From positions 576,001-640,000 of the forward strand of contig CAVOFT010000001.1 in the NCBI GenBank assembly GCA_963695095.1: a stretch of DNA of 64,000 bases, given 5' to 3'. The notes under the pieces are model-generated. The model was not told the origin of the DNA. It saw only the letters and a list, made by a program, of their open reading frames with translations, and made no database searches. This DNA is from an uncultured bacterium (lineage in GTDB: Bacteria > Krumholzibacteriota > Krumholzibacteriia > JACNKJ01). Positions 12,380 through 23,169 of the stretch are shown in pieces (positions within the stretch are counted from its first letter, which is position 1; every line of letters begins with the position of its first letter). Both the position numbers and the translations under genes were made by a program.

Positions 12380-12812
12380 ATGAACCCAGCATTCGTTTAC
12401 ATCGTGGGGACGGCCATCGCCCTCGCTCTGGTGGTTTCGGCGGTCTTCCAGATCCGCGTCATCATCCGGATGCAGGGGCTCATCAAGCGACTGGAAGGCA
12501 CCGCCCAGTACCTGGAAGCGAGCCGGCCCCAGATCGACCGCATCCTGAGCGGCCTGGAAGCGCAGCTCGTCGAGCTGCGCGGCATCAGCGAGAAGGCGAA
12601 CCGCATCGCCGGGAGCGCGGAGAGCGTGACCAGCGACCTGCGCGTCGCCGTGCAACCCATCATCACACAGGTCTCCGATCTCGCGCAGACGGTCCACCAC
12701 CTGCGCGCGGCCACGGTGGCCGCACGGGCCGGCTTCAGCGCCTTCCGGGCATACCGGCAGGCAGACAGCGACGGATCCGGAGCCGCCCATCGAACACGAC
12801 GACGAAAGGTGA
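12380..12812 (+). CDS. DUF948/YoxC-like membrane-anchored coiled-coil stress protein (copy 1; frameshift near 3' end)
   Basis: GAGAGGG RBS; N-terminal TM helix followed by an amphipathic coiled coil. The true end IEHDDER* (TGA 12810-12812) is in another frame and matches the copy 2 end IDLDEER*. Confidence 0.65.
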
Positions 12813-12819
12813 GGAGAGC

Positions 12820-13122
12820 ATGTCAAGGAAACAGGATACCCTGCTGGCCTTCCTGGTGGGCGCTGCTGTCGGCAGCGTCGCCGCCCTGCTGCTGGCGCCC
12901 GAGAAGGGCGAGGTCACGCGTCGCCGCCTGCGCGAAGGCGGCGGCAAGGCCATCGACAAGAGCAAGAAGGCGCTGGGCAAGGCGGCGACGGCGGTTGGAG
13001 ATGGGGCCCGCGATACGGGCACGGCCATCGGCGATACGGCCCGCCAGCAGGTGGGTGCGGTCCGAGCGGCGGTCACCGAGGCCAAGGACGCCTACCGGCG
13101 CGAACTGGACAAGTCCTCCTAG
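12820..13122 (+). CDS. YtxH-domain general stress protein (copy 1)
   Basis: MSRKQDTLLAFLVGAAVGSVAALLLAPEKGEVTRRRL is the YtxH signature; GAGGAG RBS. Confidence 0.85.
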   Translation: MSRKQDTLLAFLVGAAVGSVAALLLAPEKGEVTRRRLREGGGKAIDKSKKALGKAATAVGDGARDTGTAIGDTARQQVGAVRAAVTEAKDAYRRELDKSS

Positions 13123-13272
13123 GCACACGCTGCAGCCCTCCGGTGCTTGGCACCGGAGGGCGCTCGGCGGGGCATGGCTTCCCTCTTGATCCTCGAGCTT
13201 CTCATGATCTCGCACAGGAGGCTCTAGCCCTCCACCCCGCTGACCGCGACTGCCGGGTCGTAGAGCGCGGAC

Positions 13273-14948
<1,676 letters not shown>

Positions 14949-14957
14949 GGCCCCTCC

Positions 14958-14988
14958 CTCCTTTTGATGGAGTCTGCCTCATTCTGAT
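14958..14988. promoter_or_regulatory. Putative enhancer (UAS 1): two 11-bp boxes at 20-bp period, overlapping the activator's own RBS
   Basis: CTCCTTTTGAT-N9-CTCATTCTGAT; the same arrangement recurs at 23088 and 31923. Confidence 0.65.
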
Positions 14989-15042
14989 GGGTGACGCAAG
15001 GGCCTATGTCCGCCAACACCCTGGCAGGACAGCACTTAGGCG

Positions 15043-15058
15043 GGGCACGATAATCGCA
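15043..15058 (+). promoter_or_regulatory. Sigma-54 (-24/-12) promoter P1
   Basis: GGGCACGATAATCGCA: GG-N10-GC with GGCACG core, divergent from the bEBP gene and upstream of the 15.1-20.1 kb operon. Confidence 0.7.
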
Positions 15059-15158
15059 GTAGCCAGGCCAACTCCGGACGCCCGCGCACACGCACCGTCT
15101 TCACACGCTGGCGCGCGGCGCGAATCCAACCACCGTTGTGGGCTTGAAGGGAGATCGC

Positions 15159-15440
15159 ATGCCGGCGGCGATAGCAAAGATCCGGACACAGCTCGAGTTC
15201 TGGAGCCTCAGGATCGACCATCTCGCGGCGAGGACCCAGATGTCCCACGGCGAGCCCAGCTTCGATGCCCTCGTCCACATCGACGAGTTGAAGGCATTGC
15301 TCGCGATCGCGCAGGCGAAAGTCGATGCCCTCGTCGCTGGTGCCGGCAGAGAGCGGCCCGACCTCGAGGGTGAGTTGAAGTGCGTCATGAACGATCTCGC
15401 CGGCGCCATCAAGGATCCACTGACGCGGCGCCGACGCTGA
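15159..15440 (+). CDS. Small helical coiled-coil protein (resembles sll1863-type stress proteins)
   Basis: AAGGGAG RBS; KIRTQLEFWSLRIDHLAA...IDELKA...AQAKVDAL pattern. Confidence 0.55.
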   Translation: MPAAIAKIRTQLEFWSLRIDHLAARTQMSHGEPSFDALVHIDELKALLAIAQAKVDALVAGAGRERPDLEGELKCVMNDLAGAIKDPLTRRRR

Positions 15441-15464
15441 TATCCCAACCGAGAGGTTTCCGAC

Positions 15465-16109
15465 ATGAGTCGATTTCCAATCAGTATCGGCATTCTCATG
15501 CTGTTCGCCGCGGCGAGCTCGCTGAGTTGCAGCAACAGCCGTGGGCAGGAGCAGAGCAGGGCGGATCAGAAGCCGCGCTTCGAGACGCTCGTCATCCCGG
15601 ACGGGACGACGGTCGTCGTCGCGCTCGACGCGCCGCTCTCCACCGGGACCAACCATAGCGGGGATTCCTTCACCGCGACGACGATCACCCCCATCAATAT
15701 CGACGGCAGAACGGTCGTGCCGGCCGGCGTGCCGGTCCGTGGGGTGCTGTCCGACGTCCAGGCGTCGGGTCGCGTCAAGGGCCGCGCCCAGATGACGCTG
15801 GCCTACCAGTCAATCGGTGACGCAGAAGGTGTCACGCATCCGATCTCCGCGCATCAGCTCACGCTGCAAGCGGCGTCCGCTACACGCGGGGATGTCGAGA
15901 AGATCGCAGCGGGGAGCGTGATTGGCGCGATCGTCGGCGGGATCGCTGGGGGCGGCAAGGGCGCCGCGATCGGCGCGGGCGCCGGCGCGGGCGCTGGGAC
16001 CATTCTCATGCTGGCGACCCAGGGTGACGAGGTGGAGCTGGCGGCAGGGCAGCAGTTGAACGTGCAGATGACCTCTGCCACGGACATCAAAGTCCTGGCG
16101 CAGCGATGA
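15465..16109 (+). CDS. Lipoprotein with TrbI/VirB10-like beta domain and glycine zipper
   Basis: Lipobox SLSC; IPDGTTVVVALDAPLST..GDSFTAT; GAIVGGIAGGGKGAAIGAGAGAGAG. Confidence 0.7.
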   Translation: MSRFPISIGILMLFAAASSLSCSNSRGQEQSRADQKPRFETLVIPDGTTVVVALDAPLSTGTNHSGDSFTATTITPINIDGRTVVPAGVPVRGVLSDVQASGRVKGRAQMTLAYQSIGDAEGVTHPISAHQLTLQAASATRGDVEKIAAGSVIGAIVGGIAGGGKGAAIGAGAGAGAGTILMLATQGDEVELAAGQQLNVQMTSATDIKVLAQR

Positions 16110-16651
16110 CCGCGCAGCTCGCGCCATCAAGGCGACTCTATAGGAATCCGCTGAAGAGTACGCGCTGCACATTGACCCTGGCGGCGCTGGCCGTGGCCCT
16201 GAACGCAAGCGTTGCACTCGCCGACCCGGAGAGCGACGTCGGCTTCCGGGGCTGGGGTCCGCGAGTCGGGCTGTCAATGAGGCCCGATCAGGTCCACTTC
16301 GGCGCCCATCTCGACTACGGGCACTTTGCGAGGCACGTTCGTTTCCAGCCCAACATCGAGTTCGGCTTCGGAGACCATGTGGACCTCTTCACGCTCAACG
16401 CAGAGGCGGCCTATCGCTTCAGCGCTGGCGGAGGCACGTGGAGTCCTTATCTCGGTGGCGGGCTTGGCGCCAACATCAAACGCTACGACAGCAGGGGACA
16501 CGACCACTCGGAGACCGACCTTGGCGCCAATGTGCTCGGCGGGATCGAGCGGGGGCTTGCCGGCGGCGACCGCTTCTTCATCGAGGGCAAGTTCAGCCTG
16601 AACGACATCCCCGACGCCAAGGTCACTGTCGGCTGGACATTCTATCACTAG
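16106..16651 (+). CDS. Small outer-membrane beta-barrel protein
   Basis: Signal-like segment (LAVALNASVALA), alternating beta strands, PYLGGGLG, aromatic C-terminus VGWTFYH. Confidence 0.7.
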   Translation: MTAQLAPSRRLYRNPLKSTRCTLTLAALAVALNASVALADPESDVGFRGWGPRVGLSMRPDQVHFGAHLDYGHFARHVRFQPNIEFGFGDHVDLFTLNAEAAYRFSAGGGTWSPYLGGGLGANIKRYDSRGHDHSETDLGANVLGGIERGLAGGDRFFIEGKFSLNDIPDAKVTVGWTFYH

Positions 16652-16726
16652 CCGAGGAGCGAAGCGGGACGCCGTCGAATGACGCTTGTCCCGCTCGCGG
16701 CCCGGCGCCAAGGCAGGAGGTTTGAC

Positions 16727-16876
16727 ATGTTGTGGACAATCGCAGTCGTGCTTGGAGTTCTCTGGCTGCTCGGCCTGGTCACGTCCTACACGCTGGGCGG
16801 CTTCATCCACATTCTGCTCGTCGTGGCCGTTGTCACGGTTCTGATCCGGCTCATTCAGGGTCGCCGCGTGCTGTAG
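16727..16876 (+). CDS. lmo0937-family small membrane protein
   Basis: MLWTIAVVLGVLWLLGLVTSYTLGGFIHILLVVAVVTVLIRLIQGRRVL; AGGAGG RBS. Confidence 0.9.
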   Translation: MLWTIAVVLGVLWLLGLVTSYTLGGFIHILLVVAVVTVLIRLIQGRRVL

Positions 16877-16932
16877 CGCGCAGCGCGGCAGATGGGCTCC
16901 TGCGACACATCAACTATCCGGGAGGATACGCA

Positions 16933-17566
16933 ATGAGAGCTATCGATCACTATCGTGGCCGCGAGCCTGGGCCTGTGCCTGGCGCTCCCGGCTGCTGCGC
17001 AGCACATCGGGGTGCTGCAGTCCGCCGAGACCAACCAACAGGGCACTTTCAAGCTGATGGCCGCGCCCATCATGACCTTTGGGAAGGACGGCGCCGACGA
17101 CGAGTTCGGCCTCGCGGCTCGCGCCGGCTACGGCTTCACCGACCGCTTCGACGCCGAAGCCAAGCTCGGGCTCTTCGAGAACGGCACCTTCGCCGGCCTG
17201 GACGGCGAGCTGTGGCTCCTGCAGGGCGACGCCGAAGGCAGCGGCCTGGACTTCTCGCTCACCGGGGGCATCCACTGGCTGTTCGGCAAAGACGAGCGCT
17301 TCGACACCATGGGCGTGGACATCACGCCGCAGTTCAGCGGGCACGTCAGCCCGAAACTCGAGCTATGCGGCGCACTGGATGTCGCCTTCGAGTCGATCAA
17401 GGATGTGCCGCCGGGAGTCGACGACTCCTACACGACGTTACACCTGGTGCCCGGACTCGAGTACCGCCTGTCCGACACCGTTGATTTCATCGGCGAGGTT
17501 GGTATCGCGCTCAATGACGATTCCTTCACCTATGTCGGCGCCGGCCTCGCTTTCTACCTTCGCTAG
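16933..17566 (+). CDS. Outer-membrane beta-barrel protein (frameshift in signal peptide)
   Basis: GGAGG then ATG 16933; body in ORF 16955..17566 with signal LCLALPAAA-Q; C-terminal YVGAGLAFYLR. Confidence 0.65.
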
Positions 17567-17583
17567 CCAAGAGAGGCAATGAA

Positions 17584-17796
17584 ATGAAGAACCTAGGTAT
17601 CGTACTCGTGGTGCTCGGGGTGCTCGCGCTCGTCTACGGCGGCGTCAGGTACAACAGGGAGCGAACGGTGCTCGACGTGGGTCCGATGCACATCACCGCC
17701 ACTGAGCACCGCAACTATCCCATCCCTGCCATCGCGGGCGCATTGGTGTTGCTCGGCGGCATCGCCTTCCTGGTGGTCGACAAGCGTCGCGCCTAG
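17584..17796 (+). CDS. DUF3185-like small two-TM membrane protein
   Basis: MKNLGIVLVVLGVLALVYGG...VLDVGPMHITATEH..PIPAIAGALVLLGG. Confidence 0.75.
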   Translation: MKNLGIVLVVLGVLALVYGGVRYNRERTVLDVGPMHITATEHRNYPIPAIAGALVLLGGIAFLVVDKRRA

Positions 17797-17895
17797 GGGC
17801 CCTGCTGCATTGGCGCGCAGGGCGTCAGGTGCGGGTGGGAGCCTTGGCATCCAAAGGCGATGGCCGATCGCAATCAATCGTCAGGGGAGAGAAGG

Positions 17896-18330
17896 ATGAA
17901 CCCACCTTCATGTATGGAGCTTGGACGCCATCGCCATCGCGGTGCTGGTCTCTGCGGTGCTCCTGGCCCGCGCCCTGATGCCGCTGCGGCAGCTCATCCT
18001 GCGGCTGGAAGACAGCGCCCAGTTCCTGGAAGCGATTCAGCCCAAGGTCGACCGTATCCTGACGGAACTGGAGGCGGAGCTGGTGGCTCTGCGCGGCGTG
18101 AGCGCGAAAGCGAACCGCATCGCGGGGAACGCAGAGAGCGTGACCACGCGACCTGCGGGACGCCGTGCAGCCCATCATTACCGAGGTGGCCGATCTTGCC
18201 CAGGGGGATGCGCCACCTGCGCGCGGCCGCGGTGGCTGTGGGGGCCGGCTTGAGCGCCTGGCGGGGAATCCGCCGGCGCGATGCGGGCGCGGAGCCCGCC
18301 GCTGAAATCGATCTCGATGAAGAAAGGTGA
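17896..18330 (+). CDS. DUF948/YoxC-like protein (copy 2; frameshifted)
   Basis: LRLEDSAQFLEAIQPKVDRILTELEAELVALRGVSAKANRIAGNAESVT closely parallels copy 1. Confidence 0.65.
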   Translation: MNPPSCMELGRHRHRGAGLCGAPGPRPDAAAAAHPAAGRQRPVPGSDSAQGRPYPDGTGGGAGGSARRERESEPHRGERRERDHATCGTPCSPSLPRWPILPRGMRHLRAAAVAVGAGLSAWRGIRRRDAGAEPAAEIDLDEER

Positions 18331-18337
18331 AGCGAAC

Positions 18338-18637
18338 ATGGCACGGAAGAGGTACACCGCGCTGGCCTTCCTGATCGGCGCTGCGGCGGGCGGCATCACT
18401 GCGCTCCTGCTGGCACCCGAGAAGGGCAAGATCACGCGCCGCCGGTTGCGCGAGGGGGGCGGCAAGATCGTCGACAAGGGCAAGGATGCATTGGGTCGGA
18501 CGGCAAAGGCGATCGGGGAAGGGGCTCAGGAGCAGGGCCACGCCCTGAGCGCGGCGGCCGGCCAGCAGATGGGCGCGGTGCGCGGGGCAGTCGCCGAAGC
18601 CAAGGACGCCTATCGCCGCGAGATCGACAAGGGCTAG
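18338..18637 (+). CDS. YtxH-domain protein (copy 2)
   Basis: MARKRYTALAFLIGAAAGGITALLLAPEKGKITRRRLREGGGK...EAKDAYRREIDKG. Confidence 0.85.
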   Translation: MARKRYTALAFLIGAAAGGITALLLAPEKGKITRRRLREGGGKIVDKGKDALGRTAKAIGEGAQEQGHALSAAAGQQMGAVRGAVAEAKDAYRREIDKG

Positions 18638-18662
18638 CCGACCCGCAACGCCGGGAGTGATC

Positions 18663-19013
18663 ATGCGTCCGGAGATGCTTGCGGAGATCGAGCAGGAGAT
18701 CGAGCGCCTGCGCCGGCGGCACGCGGGCTATCATGCGCGAGCGGCCGGATGCGCATGAGGTTCCCGCCAGGTGGGCCGCCGAGGTGACGGGCCTGTGCTG
18801 GTTCGTGCCGCTCGAGGACGTGGTCGAAGCCGACATCGACGTGGAGATCACGGGCGAGGCCCTGATCGTGCGCGCGCACCGGAGCAGTCCCGAGCCGGTG
18901 GTCCTGATCGGCCTCCTGCTCGTGCCGCATGGGTACGACCCCGAGCCCGCGGTCATCCGGTTCGCGGAGGAGACGCTGGAGGTCCGGATCCAGCGTCGGC
19001 CGGCCTGCGATGA
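18663..19013 (+). CDS. Divergent Hsp20/alpha-crystallin-like protein; frameshifted
   Basis: MRPEMLAEIEQEIERL start; LEDVVEADIDVEITGEALIVRAHR...AVIRFAEETLEVRI; ATGA overlap with the dnaJ-like gene. Confidence 0.5.
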
Positions 19014-20093
19014 AGAACCACTACGAGATCACTGGGTGTGCCGAGCTCGGCCACGGCCCAGGAGATCAAGAAGGCCTATCGGGCCCTAGCCCTCAAATTC
19101 CATCCGGACAAGAACCCCGGCAACCGCAAAGCCGAGGAGAAGTTCAAGGAGCTGGCCGGGGCCTACGAGGTCCTCTCCAAGCCGGACCAGCGCCGGCAGT
19201 ACGACGAGGCGCTGGCGAATCCCGCTCCCCTCAGGCGCCGGACCCGGGGGCCGCTTCCGGGCCGCCCGGCCGCGCACCATTCGCCGCCGACGGCGAGGGG
19301 ATGTCCATCGACGAGATCCTACGCCGCTTCGGCGACATCTTCGGCGGTCAGTTCGGCGAGGGCCTCCACAGCGCGCGCGGCGCGGCTCGCCCCGGGCAGG
19401 ATGCCGAGGTCGAACTCGAGGTCGACTTCCGCGTGGCGGCGCTCGGGGGAAGGTGTCGGTCTCCCTTTCAGGTGCCGTCGCTTGCCAGCGCTTGCGGCGG
19501 GCGGGGCGCGCTGGGGGACCATCCGGGCTGTGCGACCTGCCACGGCAGCGGGCGAGTGACCGGGCAAGCCAGGGACAAGGGCCAGTTCTTCACCGTCACG
19601 CGTCCCTGCCCGACCTGCCACGGCACCGGCGTGGACCCGGCCCAGCAGTGTCCCGACTGCCACGGCGCCGGCGCCGTGGACCGGACGCGCACGCTCAGCA
19701 TCAGCATTCCCGAGGGCACGCAGGCCGGGACGATCCTTCGCCTGGGGCAGCTCGGTGGCGCCGGCACGGGGGGAGGGCCGCCCGGGGATCTGCTGGTCAA
19801 GGTGCGGGTTCGCCCGGATCCGGTCTTCCGCCGCGAGGGGAACGACATTCACGCGGACGTCCCGGTGCCGATGGCGCATCGCGGCGCTCGGGGGCAAGGT
19901 GGCGCTGCAGACCCTGCGCGGCCAGGTCAAGCTGAGCGTCCCGCTCGGCACCTCCTCCGGCGCGCAGCTCAGGTTGCGCGGGCAGGGCGTCCGGGGTGGG
20001 GATCACATCGCCCGCGTCATGGTCACCGTGCCCGGAAACCCGAGCCCGCGACAGCGGGAGTTGCTCGAGGAGCTGGGGAAGAGCGGGCCCTGA
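19010..20093 (+). CDS. dnaJ: DnaJ-family chaperone (J domain, zinc finger, C-terminal domain); frameshifted
   Basis: MKNHYEI..; [20 protein letters not shown]; CxxCxGxG repeats ([24 protein letters not shown]); [18 protein letters not shown]. Probably an accessory paralog, as there is no dnaK/grpE here. Confidence 0.85.
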
Positions 20094-20161
20094 GGCCGCA
20101 TGACCACAGCCGGCCCGGACCGGCTGGCTGATCTGCGCGGCCGCGGTCGGGAACGGGCCCG

Positions 20162-20187
20162 GCGGCAACCCGGGGGCGGGTTGCCGC
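20162..20187. terminator. Hairpin between convergent operons
   Basis: GCGGCAACCCG-GGGG-CGGGTTGCCGC, an 11-bp stem. Confidence 0.55.
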
Positions 20188-20199
20188 GCGGGCCGGTGA

Positions 20200-21791
20200 C
20201 TACGGCGTGGCCTTGCGCGCGACGACGATCTCGACGCGGCGATTGTTGGCGCGCCCCGCATTGGTCATGTTGTCGGCGATGGGATTGCCTTCACCGATCC
20301 CATGGGCCTGCAGGTTGGCGGCGGCGCAGCCGCGGTACACGAGGTAGTCGCGCACGACATCCGCCCGCTGCTGCGACAGGGCGAGGTTGTAGGCGGCGGA
20401 TCCCTGTGAGTCGGTGTGGCCCTCGACGACGACGCTGCGGTCGCTCGTCGTGGCGAGGGCAGCGGCGACCTGGTCGAGCTGCGCCGCCGCGCCTGGCATC
20501 AGCGATCGACTTCATCGGACCGGAAGAGCACGCCTCCCGAGAGCGTGATGATCGTGCCGCGCTCGTCTTCGCGGGTGGCGGCAAGCTCGGCGAGGGCGGT
20601 CTCGGCCGCGGCGGTCTTGGCCTCGGCCACGGTCGTCATCGCTTCGGCGGCGGCGGTCTTCTGCTCGGCTGCGGCAGTCGCCTGCTCGGCCGCAGCCGGC
20701 CCTCCTGCTCGGCGGCGAGCTGCGCGGCCGTCGCCAGGCCGGCCTGTTCGGAGGCGGCCAGGGCCGTGCGCGCCTGGCTCAGGTCCTGCGTCGACCGCTG
20801 CATGAGCAGGCTCTGCGCGGCCGTCTTCTGCTCGAGCTCGCTGTGGGTCCGCTGCTCGGCCTCGATGCGGGCCTTCTGCTCGACGGCGAGGCGATCAGTG
20901 CCGACCTGCTCGGCGTACTCGGAAACCGCGAGCGCCGTCTGCACGCGGCTCAGTTCCTGCGCGTCGACCGGCGGCGCGGCTTCGGCGGCGTCATCTGCGC
21001 CTGCGCGTCGATCTGGCGCGTCGGCGCTCTGCGCCGGGCGCTCCTGCGCGGCGGCCAGCTGCTGCGGCGGCCACCAGGCCGGCCTGCTCGGAGGCGGCCA
21101 GCGCCGTGCGTGCCTCGCTCAATTCACGTGTCCTCTCCTGCACCAACACGCTCTGCGTCAGCGGCCTCCTGCTCGGCTGCGATGCGGGCCTGTTGCTCGA
21201 CCGCAAGCCGGTCGGCGGCGACCTGTCCTGCGTACTCGGAGACCGCCAGCGCCGTGCGCGCATCAGCAACACCCAGCGTCGGGTCCGGAACCACGGCGCT
21301 CGGTGCGGTTTCGAGACGGACCATCCACTCGGCTTTCCGGTCGACCTCCTGCTTTGCGGCACGCTCCTGGGCCGCCGCTACTGGCCGGCCTGCTCGGAGA
21401 CGGCCAGCGCCGTGCGGGTCTCGTCCAGGCTCTGCGTCGTTTCCCGCAGGATGCTGCCTTGCGTCGACAGGAATTCGGTATCCGAGCCCCTCTTGCTCGC
21501 CTGCTCCATGCTGATGGAGGCATGCACGTCCGCCATCTGGGCCTTCCGCTCGGCGACGTAGGCGAGATCCCGTGTCTGGTAGGAATCGGCGTCCTTGGCG
21601 AAGGCCTGCTCGGCCAGATCGAGCGCCTGGCGTGCCTTGTGCAGTTCCGCCGGCGCCAGCTGGACCGCCGGTCCGGCACTCGCCTGCTCGTAGGCACGCC
21701 GGGCGGCGGCGAGCTCGTTGGGGACGGTGGCGGCGCAGCCGCAGACGAAGGCGGCGCACGCGACCATGATCAAGGTGCCAGTGGTGTTCAT
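20200..21791 (-). CDS. Lipoprotein with DUF4398 N-terminus, repeated coiled-coil stalk and OmpA-like peptidoglycan-binding C-terminus; frameshifted
   Basis: Lipobox FVCGC; LAPAELHKARQALDLAEQAF (DUF4398); VVVEGHTDSQGSAAYNLALSQQRA..VRDYL..NRRVEIVV (OmpA_C). Confidence 0.8.
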
Positions 21792-21807
21792 CGGAAGTTC
21801 CTCCGGA

Positions 21808-22159
21808 TCATCGGTTGGTGTTCTGGAGCTGGCGAACCCGCTCCATGGCCTGCGCGGCCTGCGCCTGCTCGTCCTGCTCGCGGGAGAGCAGGATGGCCAG
21901 CTCCGCGTCGGCTTCGGCGCGCAGCAGCAGCGAGGCCGCCTCGTCCTGCTTGCCCCGCTCGGCCAAGCCCGTGGCGTGTTCCAGCTCCTCCTTGGCCAGT
22001 TGCAGGTGGAGCGCAGCGCGCGGACTCTCGTCCGCCCCCACCGCCTCGGCGGCGCGAATGGCCGAGGAGGACGACTCCGTCTGCAACGGGGGATTGCCGG
22101 AACAGCCGGCGGCGGCCAGGGCGAAGAGCAGCCCGCCGAGCACGTAGTAGACGTCTCAT
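21808..22159 (-). CDS. DUF4398-family lipoprotein
   Basis: AGGAGG RBS then ATG 22159 (frameshift just after the start); LAAAGC lipobox; AIRAAEAVGA...LHLQLAKEEL...LLRAEADAELA. Confidence 0.8.
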
Positions 22160-22191
22160 CGATCCCTCCTTGACGAAGGCCCCGGCCCGCT

Positions 22192-22849
22192 CTAGAAGCT
22201 GAAGCCCCAGGACCAGCATGGTGGTGAAGCCGTTGAGCTTGAAGCCGTTCAGGGCGTACTCGGTGTCGTTCAGCTTGATCTTCTCGTCGCCGAACGAGGG
22301 ATTGGCCCAGACGTAGCGGCCTTCCGCCCCGATGAAGGCGTTCTTCGAGACGTTGACGTTCAGCCCGGCGCCAGTGTGAAGCCCGTAGGTCGTGGTGCCG
22401 CTGAAGGTGTTCAGGTTGTCGCTCACTTCGACCTTCGTGAAGTAGGCGCCGACGCCCAGCTCACCGTAGGGATCGACGACCCCGACCGGAATGAGCGCCT
22501 TGGCCGACACGAGAATCGGGATGACGTTGAAGTTCACGTCGTGGCGAGTCGATACAGCGGCGTCCGGCGCCACGGATCCCTTGCCCTGGAAGTAGCCAGC
22601 GCCGACTTCGAGGGCCAGCGTGGGCAGGAAGTAGTGGCCGAAGGCGATCTCGCCGGCGGCGCCAAGCTCGGTGTCGCCGTCGAAGGTGGTCTCGACGTCG
22701 AGGTTGGCGAGGGAAAAGGTCGCGCTGGGCGAGTAGATGCCGCCCTTGAGCGCGACGTAGCTGCCCAGCTTTTCCGCCCGCGCAGCCGGGGGCGCCAGAC
22801 CCAGCACGCCGATCATGGCCAGCAAGACCAGAGTCTGCTTCGTCTTCAC
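22192..22849 (-). CDS. OmpW/OmpA-TM-like outer-membrane beta-barrel protein
   Basis: AAGGAG then GTG 22849; signal ..PAARA-E; DPYGELGVGAYF. Removing one G near 22205 gives the canonical barrel end VLGFSF* (TAG at 22192). Confidence 0.75.
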
Positions 22850-23007
22850 GGTATCTCCTTGCAATCGTCGTTGATTTCCTGCCAGGCCCGGTCATGGCCC
22901 GCAGCGATCAATCCGGGTACGAGTGCCCCAGGCCAAGGGGAGGCTGCCGCACGTTCGCGGGCTTGCGTCCCCTGTGGCCCAGGCAGCACCGTACGAAAGG
23001 AGAGCAC

Positions 23008-23023
23008 CGCAACTCCCGTGCCG
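23008..23023 (-). promoter_or_regulatory. Sigma-54 (-24/-12) promoter P2
   Basis: Minus strand CGGCACGGGAGTTGCG (GGCACG-N4-TTGC), upstream of the barrel/DUF4398/OmpA operon. Confidence 0.8.
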
Positions 23024-23087
23024 CTCAGGTCACGCCGTTACGGTAGTCGATTCATCGGGTTAGCGGAGAGTGCTGCGCGCGCCCTCG

Positions 23088-23138
23088 ATCAGAACGATGT
23101 GCTGCGCATCATCGCGATGGGCTGCACATCACCCTGAG
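23088..23138. promoter_or_regulatory. Putative enhancer (UAS 2): three 11-bp boxes at 20-bp period
   Basis: ATCAGAACGAT (23088), ATCATCGCGAT (23108) and ATCACCCTGAG (23128), each separated by 9 nt. Confidence 0.7.
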
Positions 23139-23169
23139 GCAGCGGTCTCCGCAGCGGGAGACTCGCCGA

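Noticed and set aside
15465..16109. TrbI/VirB10-like domain as evidence of a conjugative element
   Set aside because: No other T4SS, relaxase or coupling-protein genes; this is a stand-alone glycine-zipper lipoprotein.
17844..17859. TTGGCATCCAAAGGCG as a fourth sigma-54 promoter
   Set aside because: GG-to-GC spacing is 9 nt rather than 10, and no UAS boxes lie upstream.
21788..22864. 358-aa barrel ORF running over the DUF4398 gene
   Set aside because: An extra G near 22205 hides the barrel's VLGFSF* end; the extension is shadow frame.
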